From positions 749-64,748 of the forward strand of contig DASRFZ010000189.1 in the NCBI GenBank assembly GCA_035651275.1: a DNA stretch of 64,000 bases. The letters run 5' to 3'. Origin of the DNA: Mycobacterium sp. GTDB lineage: Bacteria; Actinomycetota; Actinomycetes; Mycobacteriales; Mycobacteriaceae. Positions 45,646-55,096 of this stretch are shown here, piece after piece. Position 1 is the stretch's first letter. Every line of letters begins with the position of its first letter. A program made the position numbers and the translations under genes. A model generated the notes under the pieces. That model saw nothing but the letters and a program-made list of their open reading frames with translations. It did not search any database and was not told where the DNA came from.

Positions 45646-46209
45646 ATGACGATGAATCTCCTTCACCGCATGTGTTGCAGCTCGGATTACTGGGCACGGT
45701 CCGTGGAGCAGAAGCTGTTGCCGTGGGCGTTGCGCGACGTGGAGTTGGGCGAGTCCACGCTCGAGATCGGGCCGGGCTACGGCGCGAACCTGCGGGTGCT
45801 GGCAGACAGGACGGCGCTGACGGCGGTGGAGATCGACAAGCCGATGGCTGATCGGCTGGTCACCAAGTACGGCGAGCGCGCGCGAATCATCCACGGTGAC
45901 GGCACGGACCTGCCGTTGGCGGACTCCGATTTCAGCTCGGTGGTGTGCTTCACGATGCTGCACCACGTTCCGACGCCGGCGCTGCAGGACCAGATGTTCG
46001 CCGAGGCGTTTCGGGTGTTGCAGCCCGGTGGGGTGTTCGCCGGCACCGACGGAGTGCCGTCGTTTCTGATGCGCGTGTCCCACATCCACGACACGTACAA
46101 CCCGGCAATCCCGGACACCCTGCCTGATCGGTTGCGGCGGGCGGGGTTCAGCGAGGTGCAGGTCGACGTCAAGGGCGGCGAGCAGCGCTGGCGGGCGGTC
46201 AAGACTTAG
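45646..46209 (+). CDS. Class I SAM-dependent methyltransferase
   Basis: LEIGPGYG, GDGTDLPL, FTMLHHV, LQPGGVF. Confidence 0.85.
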   Translation: MTMNLLHRMCCSSDYWARSVEQKLLPWALRDVELGESTLEIGPGYGANLRVLADRTALTAVEIDKPMADRLVTKYGERARIIHGDGTDLPLADSDFSSVVCFTMLHHVPTPALQDQMFAEAFRVLQPGGVFAGTDGVPSFLMRVSHIHDTYNPAIPDTLPDRLRRAGFSEVQVDVKGGEQRWRAVKT

Positions 46210-46212
46210 CCT

Positions 46213-46282
46213 CTGCGCCGAGTGGCCAGTTATGTCACGCGAAATCGCGAAAACGCGTGCATTAAGCTCCCACTCGGCGCAG
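46213..46282. repeat. REP-like nested hairpin between the convergent methyltransferase and ileS genes
   Basis: ctgcgccgagtgg (46213-46225) / ccactcggcgcag (46270-46282), perfect 13-bp stem; inner cacgcg/cgcgtg. Confidence 0.72.
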
Positions 46283-49200
46283 GGCGACCCGCACGCCGTC
46301 ACCAATCTCGCTGCCACCGGACGGTTCGCCGAATTCGAAACTGGTGGCAAGGATTTCGCGGGCGATCAGATCGCGGTGGGCGCGTGCCCAATCGACGCGC
46401 TCATCCGGAACCGCCATGACGACCGCGATCCGGTCGGACACGTCGAGACCTGTCGCCTTGCGGAGCTCCTGCAACTCGCGGATCCGGTCCTTGGCCCAGC
46501 CTTCTGCCTCGAGTTCGGGTGTGACGGTGGCGTCGAGTACGACGAGCCCCGAGCCACCCGGGAGCGCCGCGGTGTATTCCGCATCTGCCGCAACAAGTTT
46601 CGACGTGTACTCCTCCGGTTGCAGCACGGCGGGCCCCGCGGTCAGCGTGCCGTCGTCGTTGACGACGGCCTCACCCGCCTTCACGGCCTTGATCGCGGCT
46701 TGCACGTTCTTGCCAAGCCGTGGGCCCGCGACGCGCGCGTCGACGGCCAACTCGAAGCGCCCGAACGCCGCGATGTCGTCAGTGAATTCGACGGCCTTGA
46801 CGTTGAGCTCGTCGGCAATCAGCTCCGCGAACGGAACCAGTCGCTCAGGATGCTCCACAGCCACAATCAGTTTCGACAGCGGCAGACGTACCCGCAGCTT
46901 CTTGGCCTTGCGCAACGACGACGCCGCCGAACACACGTCGCGCACCAGGTCCATATCGGCGACGAGCTGCGGGTCGGCCGGCACATCCCCGGCTGACGGC
47001 CAGTCGGTCAGGTGCACCGATCGTTCGCCCGTGACGCCACGCCAGATCACTTCCGTCGTCAGCGGCAGCAGCGGCGCGGCCAGGCGGCTCGTCACCTCCA
47101 GCACCGTGTGCAGCGTATCGATCGCGTCTGGGTCCTCGTCCCAGAACCGCTGCCGCGAGCGCCGCACATACCAGTTCGTCAGCGCCTCGGTGAACTGCCG
47201 CAGCTGCTCGCACGCGCCGTAGATGTCGCAGATGTCCAGAGCCGCCGTCAGGTCGTCGCGCAGCGCGGCGAGCTTGGCCAGAATGTAGCGGTCAAGAACA
47301 TGCGTTGAATTCGTCCGCCACTCACCGACTTTCGGTGCATACAGCGCCAGGAAGCTGTACGCGTTCCACAGCGGCAGCAGTACCTGCCGGACGCCTTCAC
47401 GAATGCCCTGCTCGGTGACGATGAGGTTGCCGCCCCGGAGGATCGGCGAGGCCATCAGGAACCAGCGCATCGCATCGGACCCGTCGCGGTCGAACACCTC
47501 GGTGACGTCCGGATAGTTGCGCAGCGACTTGCTCATCTTCTGTCCGTCGTTGCCCAGCACGATGCCGTGTGCCACACAGGTTTTGAACGCGGGACGGTCG
47601 AACAGCGCCGTCGCCAAGACATGCAGCGTGTAGAACCAACCGCGGGCCTGGCCGATGTACTCGACGATGAAGTCGCCCGGGAAGTGCGTCTGGAACCAGT
47701 CTTCGTTCTCAAACGGGTAATGCACCTGCCCGTACGGCATCGAACCCGAGTCGAACCAGACGTCGAGCACATCGGGAATGCGGCGCATCGTCGAGCGTCC
47801 GCTCGGGTCGTCTGGGTTCGGCCGGGTCAACTCGTCGATGTACGGCCGGTGAAGGTTCTCGGGGCGCACGCCGAAATCGCGCTCCAGTTCGTCGAGACTT
47901 CCGTACACGTCGATTCGCGGGTACTCGGGGTCGTCGGATTTCCACACCGGAATCGGTGTGCCCCAGTAGCGGTTTCGCGAGATCGACCAGTCGCGTGCAC
48001 CTTCGAGCCACTTGCCGAACTGGCCATCCTTGACGTGCTCGGGGTACCAGGTGATCTGCTGGTTGAGTTCGACCATGCGGTCACGGAACTCGCTGACTTT
48101 CACGAACCACGACGACACCGCGCGGTAGATCAACGGGTTGCGGCACCGCCAGCAATGCGGATAGGAGTGCTCGTAGGTTTCGTGGCGGACCAGCACGGGC
48201 GCGTTGACCCCCGCAGAGCCGGTGCCGTTCTTCAGATCGCGGATGATCTGTGAATTGGCATCGAACACATGCTGATTCGCGTAGTCGGGCACTGTGTCGT
48301 CAAACCGGCCCTTGGAATCGACGGGCGTGACGGGCACGATGCCGGCTTTTTCCGCCGCCTCCTTGTCGTCCTCGCCGTACGCCGGTGACATGTGCACGAT
48401 GCCCGTGCCGTCCTCGGTCGACACGAATTCGCCGGGCAGCACCTGAAAACTGTTGGCAGCGCCCATGAAATACGGAAACGGCGGCAGATACCGTGTCCCG
48501 ATGAGGTCCGCCCCACGGTAGGTGCCGACGATGTCCGGCTCGTCGCCGAGCTCCCGCGCGTATGCCCCCACGCGTGCCTTCGCGAGCAGATAGCGCCGCT
48601 CGCCTGTCTGGACGAGCACATACTCGACATCTGGATTGACGGCGACCGCTTGGTTCGACGGCAACGTCCACGGCGTCGTCGTCCATATCAAAAGGTACGC
48701 ACCCTCGAGTGGACCGTCAGTTACCTTGAACCCCACTGTGATTGCCGGATCCTGTCGACTCTGGTAGATGTCGTCATCCATCCGCAGTTCATGGTTAGAC
48801 AGCGGTGTCTCGTCGCGCCAGCAGTACGGCAGCACGCGGTAACCCTCGTAGGCCAGCCCCTTGTCCCACAGCTGTTTGAACGCCCAGATCACCGACTCCA
48901 TAAAGGTCGGGTCGAGCGTCTTGTAGTCGTTGTCGAAGTCCACCCAGCGGGCTTGCCGGGTGACGTACTCGCGCCATTCGTCGGTGTAGCGCAACACCGA
49001 TTCCCGGCACGCCTCGTTGAATTCGGCGATGCCCATCGCATCGATCTGCGACTTGTCGGTGATGCCGAGCTGCCGCTCCACCTCGAGCTCGGCGGGCAGC
49101 CCGTGGGTGTCCCAGCCGAACCTGCGCTCGACCTTGTAGCCGCGCATCGTGCGGTAGCGCGGAACGATGTCCTTGACGTAGCCGGTCAGCAGATGCCCGT

Positions 49201-49399
49201 AGTGCGGCAGCCCGTTGGCGAACGGCGGTCCGTCGTAGAACACGTATTCCTCGGCGCCGTCGCGGCGGGCGATGCTGGCCCGGAACGTGTCGTCGGCCGC
49301 CCAATAGTCGAGGACGTCGAGTTCGAGCTTGGGGAAGTTCGGCGAACCACCGCGCTGGTCGGCACCCAACTCGGTGCGCGGATAGGCGTTGGCAGTCAC
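46262..49399 (-). CDS. ileS: Isoleucyl-tRNA synthetase (type 2)
   Basis: [47 protein letters not shown]; GTG 49399 after a GGAG RBS. Confidence 0.97.
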   Translation of the reverse strand: MTANAYPRTELGADQRGGSPNFPKLELDVLDYWAADDTFRASIARRDGAEEYVFYDGPPFANGLPHYGHLLTGYVKDIVPRYRTMRGYKVERRFGWDTHGLPAELEVERQLGITDKSQIDAMGIAEFNEACRESVLRYTDEWREYVTRQARWVDFDNDYKTLDPTFMESVIWAFKQLWDKGLAYEGYRVLPYCWRDETPLSNHELRMDDDIYQSRQDPAITVGFKVTDGPLEGAYLLIWTTTPWTLPSNQAVAVNPDVEYVLVQTGERRYLLAKARVGAYARELGDEPDIVGTYRGADLIGTRYLPPFPYFMGAANSFQVLPGEFVSTEDGTGIVHMSPAYGEDDKEAAEKAGIVPVTPVDSKGRFDDTVPDYANQHVFDANSQIIRDLKNGTGSAGVNAPVLVRHETYEHSYPHCWRCRNPLIYRAVSSWFVKVSEFRDRMVELNQQITWYPEHVKDGQFGKWLEGARDWSISRNRYWGTPIPVWKSDDPEYPRIDVYGSLDELERDFGVRPENLHRPYIDELTRPNPDDPSGRSTMRRIPDVLDVWFDSGSMPYGQVHYPFENEDWFQTHFPGDFIVEYIGQARGWFYTLHVLATALFDRPAFKTCVAHGIVLGNDGQKMSKSLRNYPDVTEVFDRDGSDAMRWFLMASPILRGGNLIVTEQGIREGVRQVLLPLWNAYSFLALYAPKVGEWRTNSTHVLDRYILAKLAALRDDLTAALDICDIYGACEQLRQFTEALTNWYVRRSRQRFWDEDPDAIDTLHTVLEVTSRLAAPLLPLTTEVIWRGVTGERSVHLTDWPSAGDVPADPQLVADMDLVRDVCSAASSLRKAKKLRVRLPLSKLIVAVEHPERLVPFAELIADELNVKAVEFTDDIAAFGRFELAVDARVAGPRLGKNVQAAIKAVKAGEAVVNDDGTLTAGPAVLQPEEYTSKLVAADAEYTAALPGGSGLVVLDATVTPELEAEGWAKDRIRELQELRKATGLDVSDRIAVVMAVPDERVDWARAHRDLIAREILATSFEFGEPSGGSEIGDGVRVALRRVGA

Positions 49400-49428
49400 T
49401 CGTGCGTCTCCTGTGCCACTGTCCGGCA

Positions 49429-49592
49429 CGGGGACGACGACGCGCCGGTGCGCGAGCGCCGCGGTACCACCCCGCTTGCACACGCGTGTCGCGTGGCCGC
49501 TCAATACGGCTGTGACGGGCCTACCCGTTCGGTTCTACTTGGCCGCAAGGCTGTTCTTCCGAAGGCTCCCCGGTGATGGCCGGATCGATGCC
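49429..49592 (-). ncRNA. ileS translational T-box riboswitch (AUC specifier)
   Basis: Minus strand GGCATCGATCCGGCC-ATC-ACCGGGGAGCCTTCGGAAGAAC...AGTAGAACCGAACGGG...GGTGGTACCGCGG...GTCGTCCCCG; short stem I typical of actinobacterial ileS T-boxes. Confidence 0.93.
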
Positions 49593-49613
49593 GTTAGCCC
49601 TAGTCTAACCGGC

Positions 49614-50441
49614 ATGGAGCAGCGCACCCTCGAAGCGGTCATCTACGAGCGAGAGCCGCCGATCGCGCGGATCATCCTCAACCGCCCGGAGAAGGCCAAT
49701 ACCAAGGACGCGCAGTTGGTGCAGGAGGTGGACGCGTGCCTGCGCGAGGCAGACCGCGACGGTGAGATCAAGGTCGTCATCCTCAAGGCCAACGGCAAGG
49801 GCTTCTGCGGCGGACATGTGGCGCGCTGGGGGCCCGACGAAAACCCGTACCCGGATTTCGGCGACACGTTCGAGTCGCTGTACAAGGGCACCGCCGACCT
49901 GTTTTTGTGGCCGACGTTGTATCTGTGGGAATTCCCGAAGCCGACGATCTCGCAGATCCACGGCTACTGCATGGGCGGCGGCATCTACCTCGGGTTGCTG
50001 ACGGATTTCTGCGTGGCCTCCGATGACGCGTATTTCCAGATGCCGCTTGCCCAGAGCCTCGGCGAGCCCGGCGGCCACACGATGATCGAGCCCTGGCTGA
50101 TGATGAACTGGCATCGCGTCATGGACTGGCTTCTGTTGGCGCCCACGCTATCCGCCGCCGAAGCGTTGGAGTGGGGTCTTCTGAACAAGGTGGTTCCGCG
50201 CGATCAACTCGAGGACACCGTCGAGGAGATGGCCCGCAAGATCAGCCAGATTCCGTTGACGACGCTGATGGCGGTCAAGAACAACGTCAAGCGGGCGTGG
50301 GAGCTGATGGGTATGCGGGTGCACCTTCAGGTAAGCCACATCCTGACGAACATGGTCGGCGCAGCGTCCGATGTGCAGGCCCGCCGCGCGGAGCTCATCC
50401 AGTCGGGCCTGAAACCCCGCGATTTCGTCGAAGACCCCTAG
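49614..50441 (+). CDS. Crotonase/enoyl-CoA hydratase superfamily protein, non-canonical (EchA13-like)
   Basis: LNRPEKAN, GKGFCGGH, KPTISQIHGYCMGGG; lacks the usual catalytic Glu positions; leaderless ATG after TAGTCT. Confidence 0.85.
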   Translation: MEQRTLEAVIYEREPPIARIILNRPEKANTKDAQLVQEVDACLREADRDGEIKVVILKANGKGFCGGHVARWGPDENPYPDFGDTFESLYKGTADLFLWPTLYLWEFPKPTISQIHGYCMGGGIYLGLLTDFCVASDDAYFQMPLAQSLGEPGGHTMIEPWLMMNWHRVMDWLLLAPTLSAAEALEWGLLNKVVPRDQLEDTVEEMARKISQIPLTTLMAVKNNVKRAWELMGMRVHLQVSHILTNMVGAASDVQARRAELIQSGLKPRDFVEDP

Positions 50442-50443
50442 GC

Positions 50444-50492
50444 GATTTCGGTGCGTTTTCAGGCGCTCAGCGCCGGTTAGCGCACCGAAATC
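50444..50492. repeat. REP-like hairpin / bidirectional terminator between convergent genes
   Basis: gatttcggtgcg / cgcaccgaaatc, perfect 12-bp stem; inner GGCGC-TCA-GCGCC. Confidence 0.72.
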
Positions 50493-52155
50493 ACTCGCCG
50501 CGGGCCGCGTGGCGCGCTGCGACGTAGCCGAAAACCATCGTGTTCGCGATACTGCCGCCCGCCCCGAGGTAATGCCGTCCCATCACCGTCGCCGTGATGT
50601 TGCCCGTCGCGTAGAGGCCGTCGATCACCTTGTCGTTATCGCCGAGGACCTGTCCGTACTCGTTGGTGATCACTCCCCCGCATGTCCCGACGTCGGCCGG
50701 AAAGACGCGTGCGGCGTAGTACGGCGCGCGGTCAAGCGGGCCGAGCGCGGCGTTCGGCCGGTATCCCGGGTCGCCCAGGCAAATGTTGTAGGCCGATTGC
50801 CCGCGGCCGAAGTCGGGATCGAGGCCCTTGACGGCAAACTCGTTGAATCGTTGGACCGTCTGCTCCAAAGCCTCAGCGGGGACGTCGATTTGGCGCGCAA
50901 GATCGGCGACGGTGTCGGCACGCACGATCTCACCCCGTTCGATCACCTCGTCCGGCAGCCGACGCTTCTGTAGCGGGTTCGCCCCAGAGACGTATCGGCG
51001 AACATAACCCTCATCGAAGACCTGCCAGCACGGCACGGCCTTGTTGGCGTACATCGCCTTGCCGACTTCGACGTAGGAGTTCGACTCGTTGCAGAACCGC
51101 CGGCCGGTGCCGTCGACGTAGATGGCCCCCGGTCGCTGCCGCGCCTGGCCGACCGCACGGGCGCGGGGATCGGCCACGAAAACCGATGGGAGCCACCAGG
51201 CTTCGTCAAGCAGGTCGGTCTTCGCGCCCAGCCGCATCGCCGTCTGCAACACTTCACCCGTGTCGCCGGGGTTCGCAAGTGACCACTTTGCCTCGTTGGG
51301 CTGATCGCCGCTGTACCGACGGCGCATTTCCGCGTTGCGACTGAAACCGCCCGCCGCGAGCAACACCCCTTTGCGCGCTTCGATATTCAGCGAGGCATCG
51401 TTTCGAGTGACTCGCGCACCGACGACGCGACCATGCTCGACGATGAGATCGTCCATCGCGGCGCTCGTCCACACCGGAGGTGCGCCAGTGCAGTCGATCA
51501 GCACCTTCAGCATCTGACCGATTAGCGATGCGCCGTTGGTGAGGACCTGGCGCCGCCGGATCCGTGCTGCCCAGGTGCGCAGGAACACCCGCACCGCAAC
51601 GCCGAAAGCTCGTGGCGAGCGGTTGTAGTACTGCACCGAGCGCAGCTCGCTCGTTTTCACCACGAATCCGCGGTTCCAATTCTTGTCCATCGTCTGGACC
51701 CTGCCGCCCCAGTCCCCCAGTGGCGCCGCGTCGTACGGGATGCCCTCGACCGATCGGCCGGCCGCGTTGCCGCCCTTGTGGTTTGGGTAGTAGTCGGCGT
51801 AGCCGGGGCATCGGACCAGCCGAACACCTTTGCGCATAAGGAAGTCGATCATATCGCTGCCCGCGGTCAGGAACATCTCACGCCGCGGGGGCGACGATGC
51901 GGCACCGATGTCACCGACGACGTCGTCGAAGTACGCCAGACCGTCCTCGTGGGAATCGGGCACGCCCTCCGCCCGCATCAACGGGTTGTTCGGCAGCCAC
52001 ACCATGCCGCCCGACATTCCTGTTGCCCCACCGACGAGATCCTCCTTTTCGAGCACGAGGGGTTCGATCCCCGCGTCCAACGCGGCCAGCGCCGCAACCA
52101 TCCCGCCACCACCGCTGCCCACGATCAACAGATCGACGGACTTGTCCCAGTTCAT
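50491..52155 (-). CDS. kstD: 3-ketosteroid Delta1-dehydrogenase family flavoprotein
   Basis: GSGGGG, EK...GGATGMSGG..W.P, ADYY, NESNSY, YLGAG (positions matching the KstD catalytic Tyr/Gly); ATGA overlap with the Rieske gene. Confidence 0.75.
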   Translation of the reverse strand: MNWDKSVDLLIVGSGGGGMVAALAALDAGIEPLVLEKEDLVGGATGMSGGMVWLPNNPLMRAEGVPDSHEDGLAYFDDVVGDIGAASSPPRREMFLTAGSDMIDFLMRKGVRLVRCPGYADYYPNHKGGNAAGRSVEGIPYDAAPLGDWGGRVQTMDKNWNRGFVVKTSELRSVQYYNRSPRAFGVAVRVFLRTWAARIRRRQVLTNGASLIGQMLKVLIDCTGAPPVWTSAAMDDLIVEHGRVVGARVTRNDASLNIEARKGVLLAAGGFSRNAEMRRRYSGDQPNEAKWSLANPGDTGEVLQTAMRLGAKTDLLDEAWWLPSVFVADPRARAVGQARQRPGAIYVDGTGRRFCNESNSYVEVGKAMYANKAVPCWQVFDEGYVRRYVSGANPLQKRRLPDEVIERGEIVRADTVADLARQIDVPAEALEQTVQRFNEFAVKGLDPDFGRGQSAYNICLGDPGYRPNAALGPLDRAPYYAARVFPADVGTCGGVITNEYGQVLGDNDKVIDGLYATGNITATVMGRHYLGAGGSIANTMVFGYVAARHAARGE

Positions 52156-53513
52156 ATCGCCGCCACCCGTCGCGACAGACCGAGCTCGGCGACGGGCACG
52201 TCGATGGTGGTGTTGGTCTTCTGGATCGCACCGACCAGCGTGTCGTACGGCAGGCCTGCGAGAAATCCGTCCACGACCCGCTCGAAGTTCGAGATCAGTC
52301 CTTCGATCTGGTTCGACAACCGCATGTATTCGAATCCCTTGGCGTGCAAGCCTTTCTGCTGCCGGGGCAGGTTGGAGAAATCCTGCGCGGGGATCGTCGG
52401 CCAGCTCGGGTCGTCGGGGGCCACCGGCTCTGGCGGAGTGGGTTTTGACGGCGGCTGGTCCGACGGGAACCTGGTCAGCGACCACACTTCGAACAGCGTC
52501 TGCTCGGGACCCAACGGACGGATGCGGTACGACGCCGCACTGCTGTAGGTCGGCAGGATGAAGTAGTGCGGGAAGCAGAACCCGATCGGATCGGAGACCC
52601 CGCGACGATCAAGGTCATTCAGGTCGGGGAAGTCGCACCCGCGCGCGCGGTGCCACGCGGTAACCGCGTCGTTGACCGCGCTGCGCCACGCCGCCATCGC
52701 CTCGGTCGGGTCGTCGGGCAGCGAAATGTTCTGCAGCCCTTCGGCGATATGGACGTCGTTCGCGTGGGTCATGCCGCCCATCCCGGACCCCAGCGTCCGC
52801 ATGAAGTGAAGGCTGGTCTGCACGACCGGGTGCACCCGGGACGACTCCGGGCTGTGCGCCGACGGCAGCAGTTGCGGGTGGGTCTGCGGCACGTGGTAGC
52901 CCTCCATGAACGCCGCCGTCGCCAGCTTCCAATTCACTGGCAGCAGACACGATTTCCACCATTCGGTGTAGAGCTTGTCCACTTTCCACTCGTCGTGCCG
53001 TGACGCGAACGGGTCGATGCAGTCGCGCAGCGCGGGCGCGTCGGCGTCGAGGTTGATCCAGGCGCAGCCGCCCCACAGCTCGCATCGCACCGGCGCGAGC
53101 CCGAGATCGTCGGCGCACAAGTTGTTTTCGTCAAACACCTCGGGCCGCAGCACGAACGTGTTGGCGCCGTCGAGACCCCAGCACCATCCGTGGAACGGGC
53201 AGACGAAGCTGCGCCGGCTGCCGTGTCCCTCGACGAGTTTCATGCCCCGATGACGGCACGAGTTGTAGTACGCGCGCACGGTGGTGGCGTCGAGTCGCAC
53301 GACGATGACCGACTGGTCCAGAATCTCGTACTCCGCAAAGTCGCCGGGTTTCGGAATCTCCTCCAGCCGGCACGCCATCTGCCAGACGCGGGGCCAGAAC
53401 AGCTCGGTCTCCAGGTCGTAGAACTCGCGATCGAAGTAGCGCTGCTTGGGAATTCGGTCAGGAGTCTGCACGGCCCAGGGCACCGGTAGCGGTGTCCAAT
53501 TCACGTCAGTCAT
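52152..53513 (-). CDS. Rieske non-heme iron oxygenase alpha subunit
   Basis: NSCRHRG...CPFHGW Rieske ligands; EGYHVPQTH and QD mononuclear iron ligands. Confidence 0.9.
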   Translation of the reverse strand: MTDVNWTPLPVPWAVQTPDRIPKQRYFDREFYDLETELFWPRVWQMACRLEEIPKPGDFAEYEILDQSVIVVRLDATTVRAYYNSCRHRGMKLVEGHGSRRSFVCPFHGWCWGLDGANTFVLRPEVFDENNLCADDLGLAPVRCELWGGCAWINLDADAPALRDCIDPFASRHDEWKVDKLYTEWWKSCLLPVNWKLATAAFMEGYHVPQTHPQLLPSAHSPESSRVHPVVQTSLHFMRTLGSGMGGMTHANDVHIAEGLQNISLPDDPTEAMAAWRSAVNDAVTAWHRARGCDFPDLNDLDRRGVSDPIGFCFPHYFILPTYSSAASYRIRPLGPEQTLFEVWSLTRFPSDQPPSKPTPPEPVAPDDPSWPTIPAQDFSNLPRQQKGLHAKGFEYMRLSNQIEGLISNFERVVDGFLAGLPYDTLVGAIQKTNTTIDVPVAELGLSRRVAAI

Positions 53514-53530
53514 GTGGGTTCACGCTCCCC

Positions 53531-55045
53531 TCACAGGATTCGCGACGTCCGCTGATTCCAGTATCGATCGCGAATCCGCCTTTTGTAGAGCTTGCCGTTG
53601 GGATCGCGGGGCAGTTCGGCGTCGAAGTCAACCGTCCGCGGGCATTTGTACGTCGCGATGTGCGCGCGGCAGTAGTCGATGAGCTCGTCGGCCAGCTCCG
53701 GGCCGGGCTCGATGCCGTCGACTGGTTGCACGACCGCCTTCACCTCTTCGCCGAATTCATCGTTGGGAACCCCGAACACCGCGGCGTCCACCAGCTTGGG
53801 GTGCATGACGAGAAGGTTCTCCACCTCTTGCGGGTAGATGTTGACCCCGCCGGAGACGATCATGAACGTCGAGCGGTCGGTCAGGTACAGATAGCCGTCG
53901 TGGTCCACATAGCCGATGTCGCCGAGTGTCCGCCAGCCTTTTTCGTTGGCGACGGACGCGGTCTTCTCGGGATCCTTGAAGTACTCGAAGTCGGGGCCGC
54001 CTTCGAAGAACAACTCACCGGACTGGCCGACCGGAAGCTCCTCGCCGCCCTCCCCGACGACATGCACCGTGGTGAGAGGCTTGCCTACCGACCCGGGGTG
54101 GGCGAGCCACTCTTCGGGCCCGATCGTCGAACCTGCGAATCCCTCAGTGCCGCCGTAATACTCGTATAGAATCGGCCCGAACCAGTCCATCATCCGCTGT
54201 TTGACGGCGACGGGGCACGGTGCGGCAGCGTGGATGACGCATTCGAGGCTGGATACGTCATAACGCTCGCGGACAGCCTCGGGAAGCTTGAGCATCCGGA
54301 CGAACATCGTCGGGACGAACTGCGCGTGGGTGACGCGATGCTGCTCGATCAGTGCCAGTACCGCTCCGGCGTCGAACTTGCGCATCGTGATCGCGGTGGC
54401 TCCGACGCGATGCACGGCCATCGTGTAGTTCACGCCGGCCGCGTGGTACAGCGGCGCCGGCGAGAGGTAAACACTGGAGTCGGTCATCTTGTAGTGGTGC
54501 TGCAAGGCCATTTCCAGCACGTACTGTGCCCACGAGCCGTTGCCGTCGATCGGAAGCGGCCGGCGCACCGCCTTCGGCCGGCCCGTGGTGCCCGACGAGT
54601 ACAGCATCTCGGAGCCGTCGGACACGGGCGGCGGGTCGCCGGCCGCGGCCAGGGCGTCGGCGTACGGGCGCCAACCCGACACCTCGCCGCCGACCGCGAC
54701 GTGGACGTCGACGCCCCGGCTCGTCGCCATGAGGTGAGATGCCAAGTCGACCATCGAGGCGTCGACGAACACCGCCCTCGCCTCGGAGTCGTCGACGATG
54801 TACGCGACCTCCTCTGGCGTGAAGTGGGTATTCACCGCGCTGTAGTAAAGACCGGAAAGCTGGCAGCCCCAGGTGATTTCGAAGAACTCTTGGCAGTTCG
54901 GCAGCACCAGCGCCACCCCGTCGCCGCGCCGAAGGCCCGCGTCATGCAACACAGCCGCCACCCGTTGGCTTCGGGCGTACAGATCACCGTAGGTAATGGT
55001 CTCGCCGCCCGCGACGACGAGCGCCGGAGAGTCCGGCGTCCTCAT
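53531..55045 (-). CDS. Acyl-CoA synthetase (FadD4-like AMP-binding)
   Basis: YSSGTTGRPK, PLYHAAG, YYGGTE, TLGDIG, SGGVNIYP, PNGKLYK. Confidence 0.9.
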   Translation of the reverse strand: MRTPDSPALVVAGGETITYGDLYARSQRVAAVLHDAGLRRGDGVALVLPNCQEFFEITWGCQLSGLYYSAVNTHFTPEEVAYIVDDSEARAVFVDASMVDLASHLMATSRGVDVHVAVGGEVSGWRPYADALAAAGDPPPVSDGSEMLYSSGTTGRPKAVRRPLPIDGNGSWAQYVLEMALQHHYKMTDSSVYLSPAPLYHAAGVNYTMAVHRVGATAITMRKFDAGAVLALIEQHRVTHAQFVPTMFVRMLKLPEAVRERYDVSSLECVIHAAAPCPVAVKQRMMDWFGPILYEYYGGTEGFAGSTIGPEEWLAHPGSVGKPLTTVHVVGEGGEELPVGQSGELFFEGGPDFEYFKDPEKTASVANEKGWRTLGDIGYVDHDGYLYLTDRSTFMIVSGGVNIYPQEVENLLVMHPKLVDAAVFGVPNDEFGEEVKAVVQPVDGIEPGPELADELIDYCRAHIATYKCPRTVDFDAELPRDPNGKLYKRRIRDRYWNQRTSRIL

Positions 55046-55096
55046 CGCATGGTCGGCAATGTTAATTTCTGCTCCTCGTGTCCGCGGCCTTCACGA

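Noticed and set aside
46262-49592. Type 2 IleRS (HYGH) and translational T-box as novelties
   Set aside because: Both are well-described, standard features of mycobacteria.
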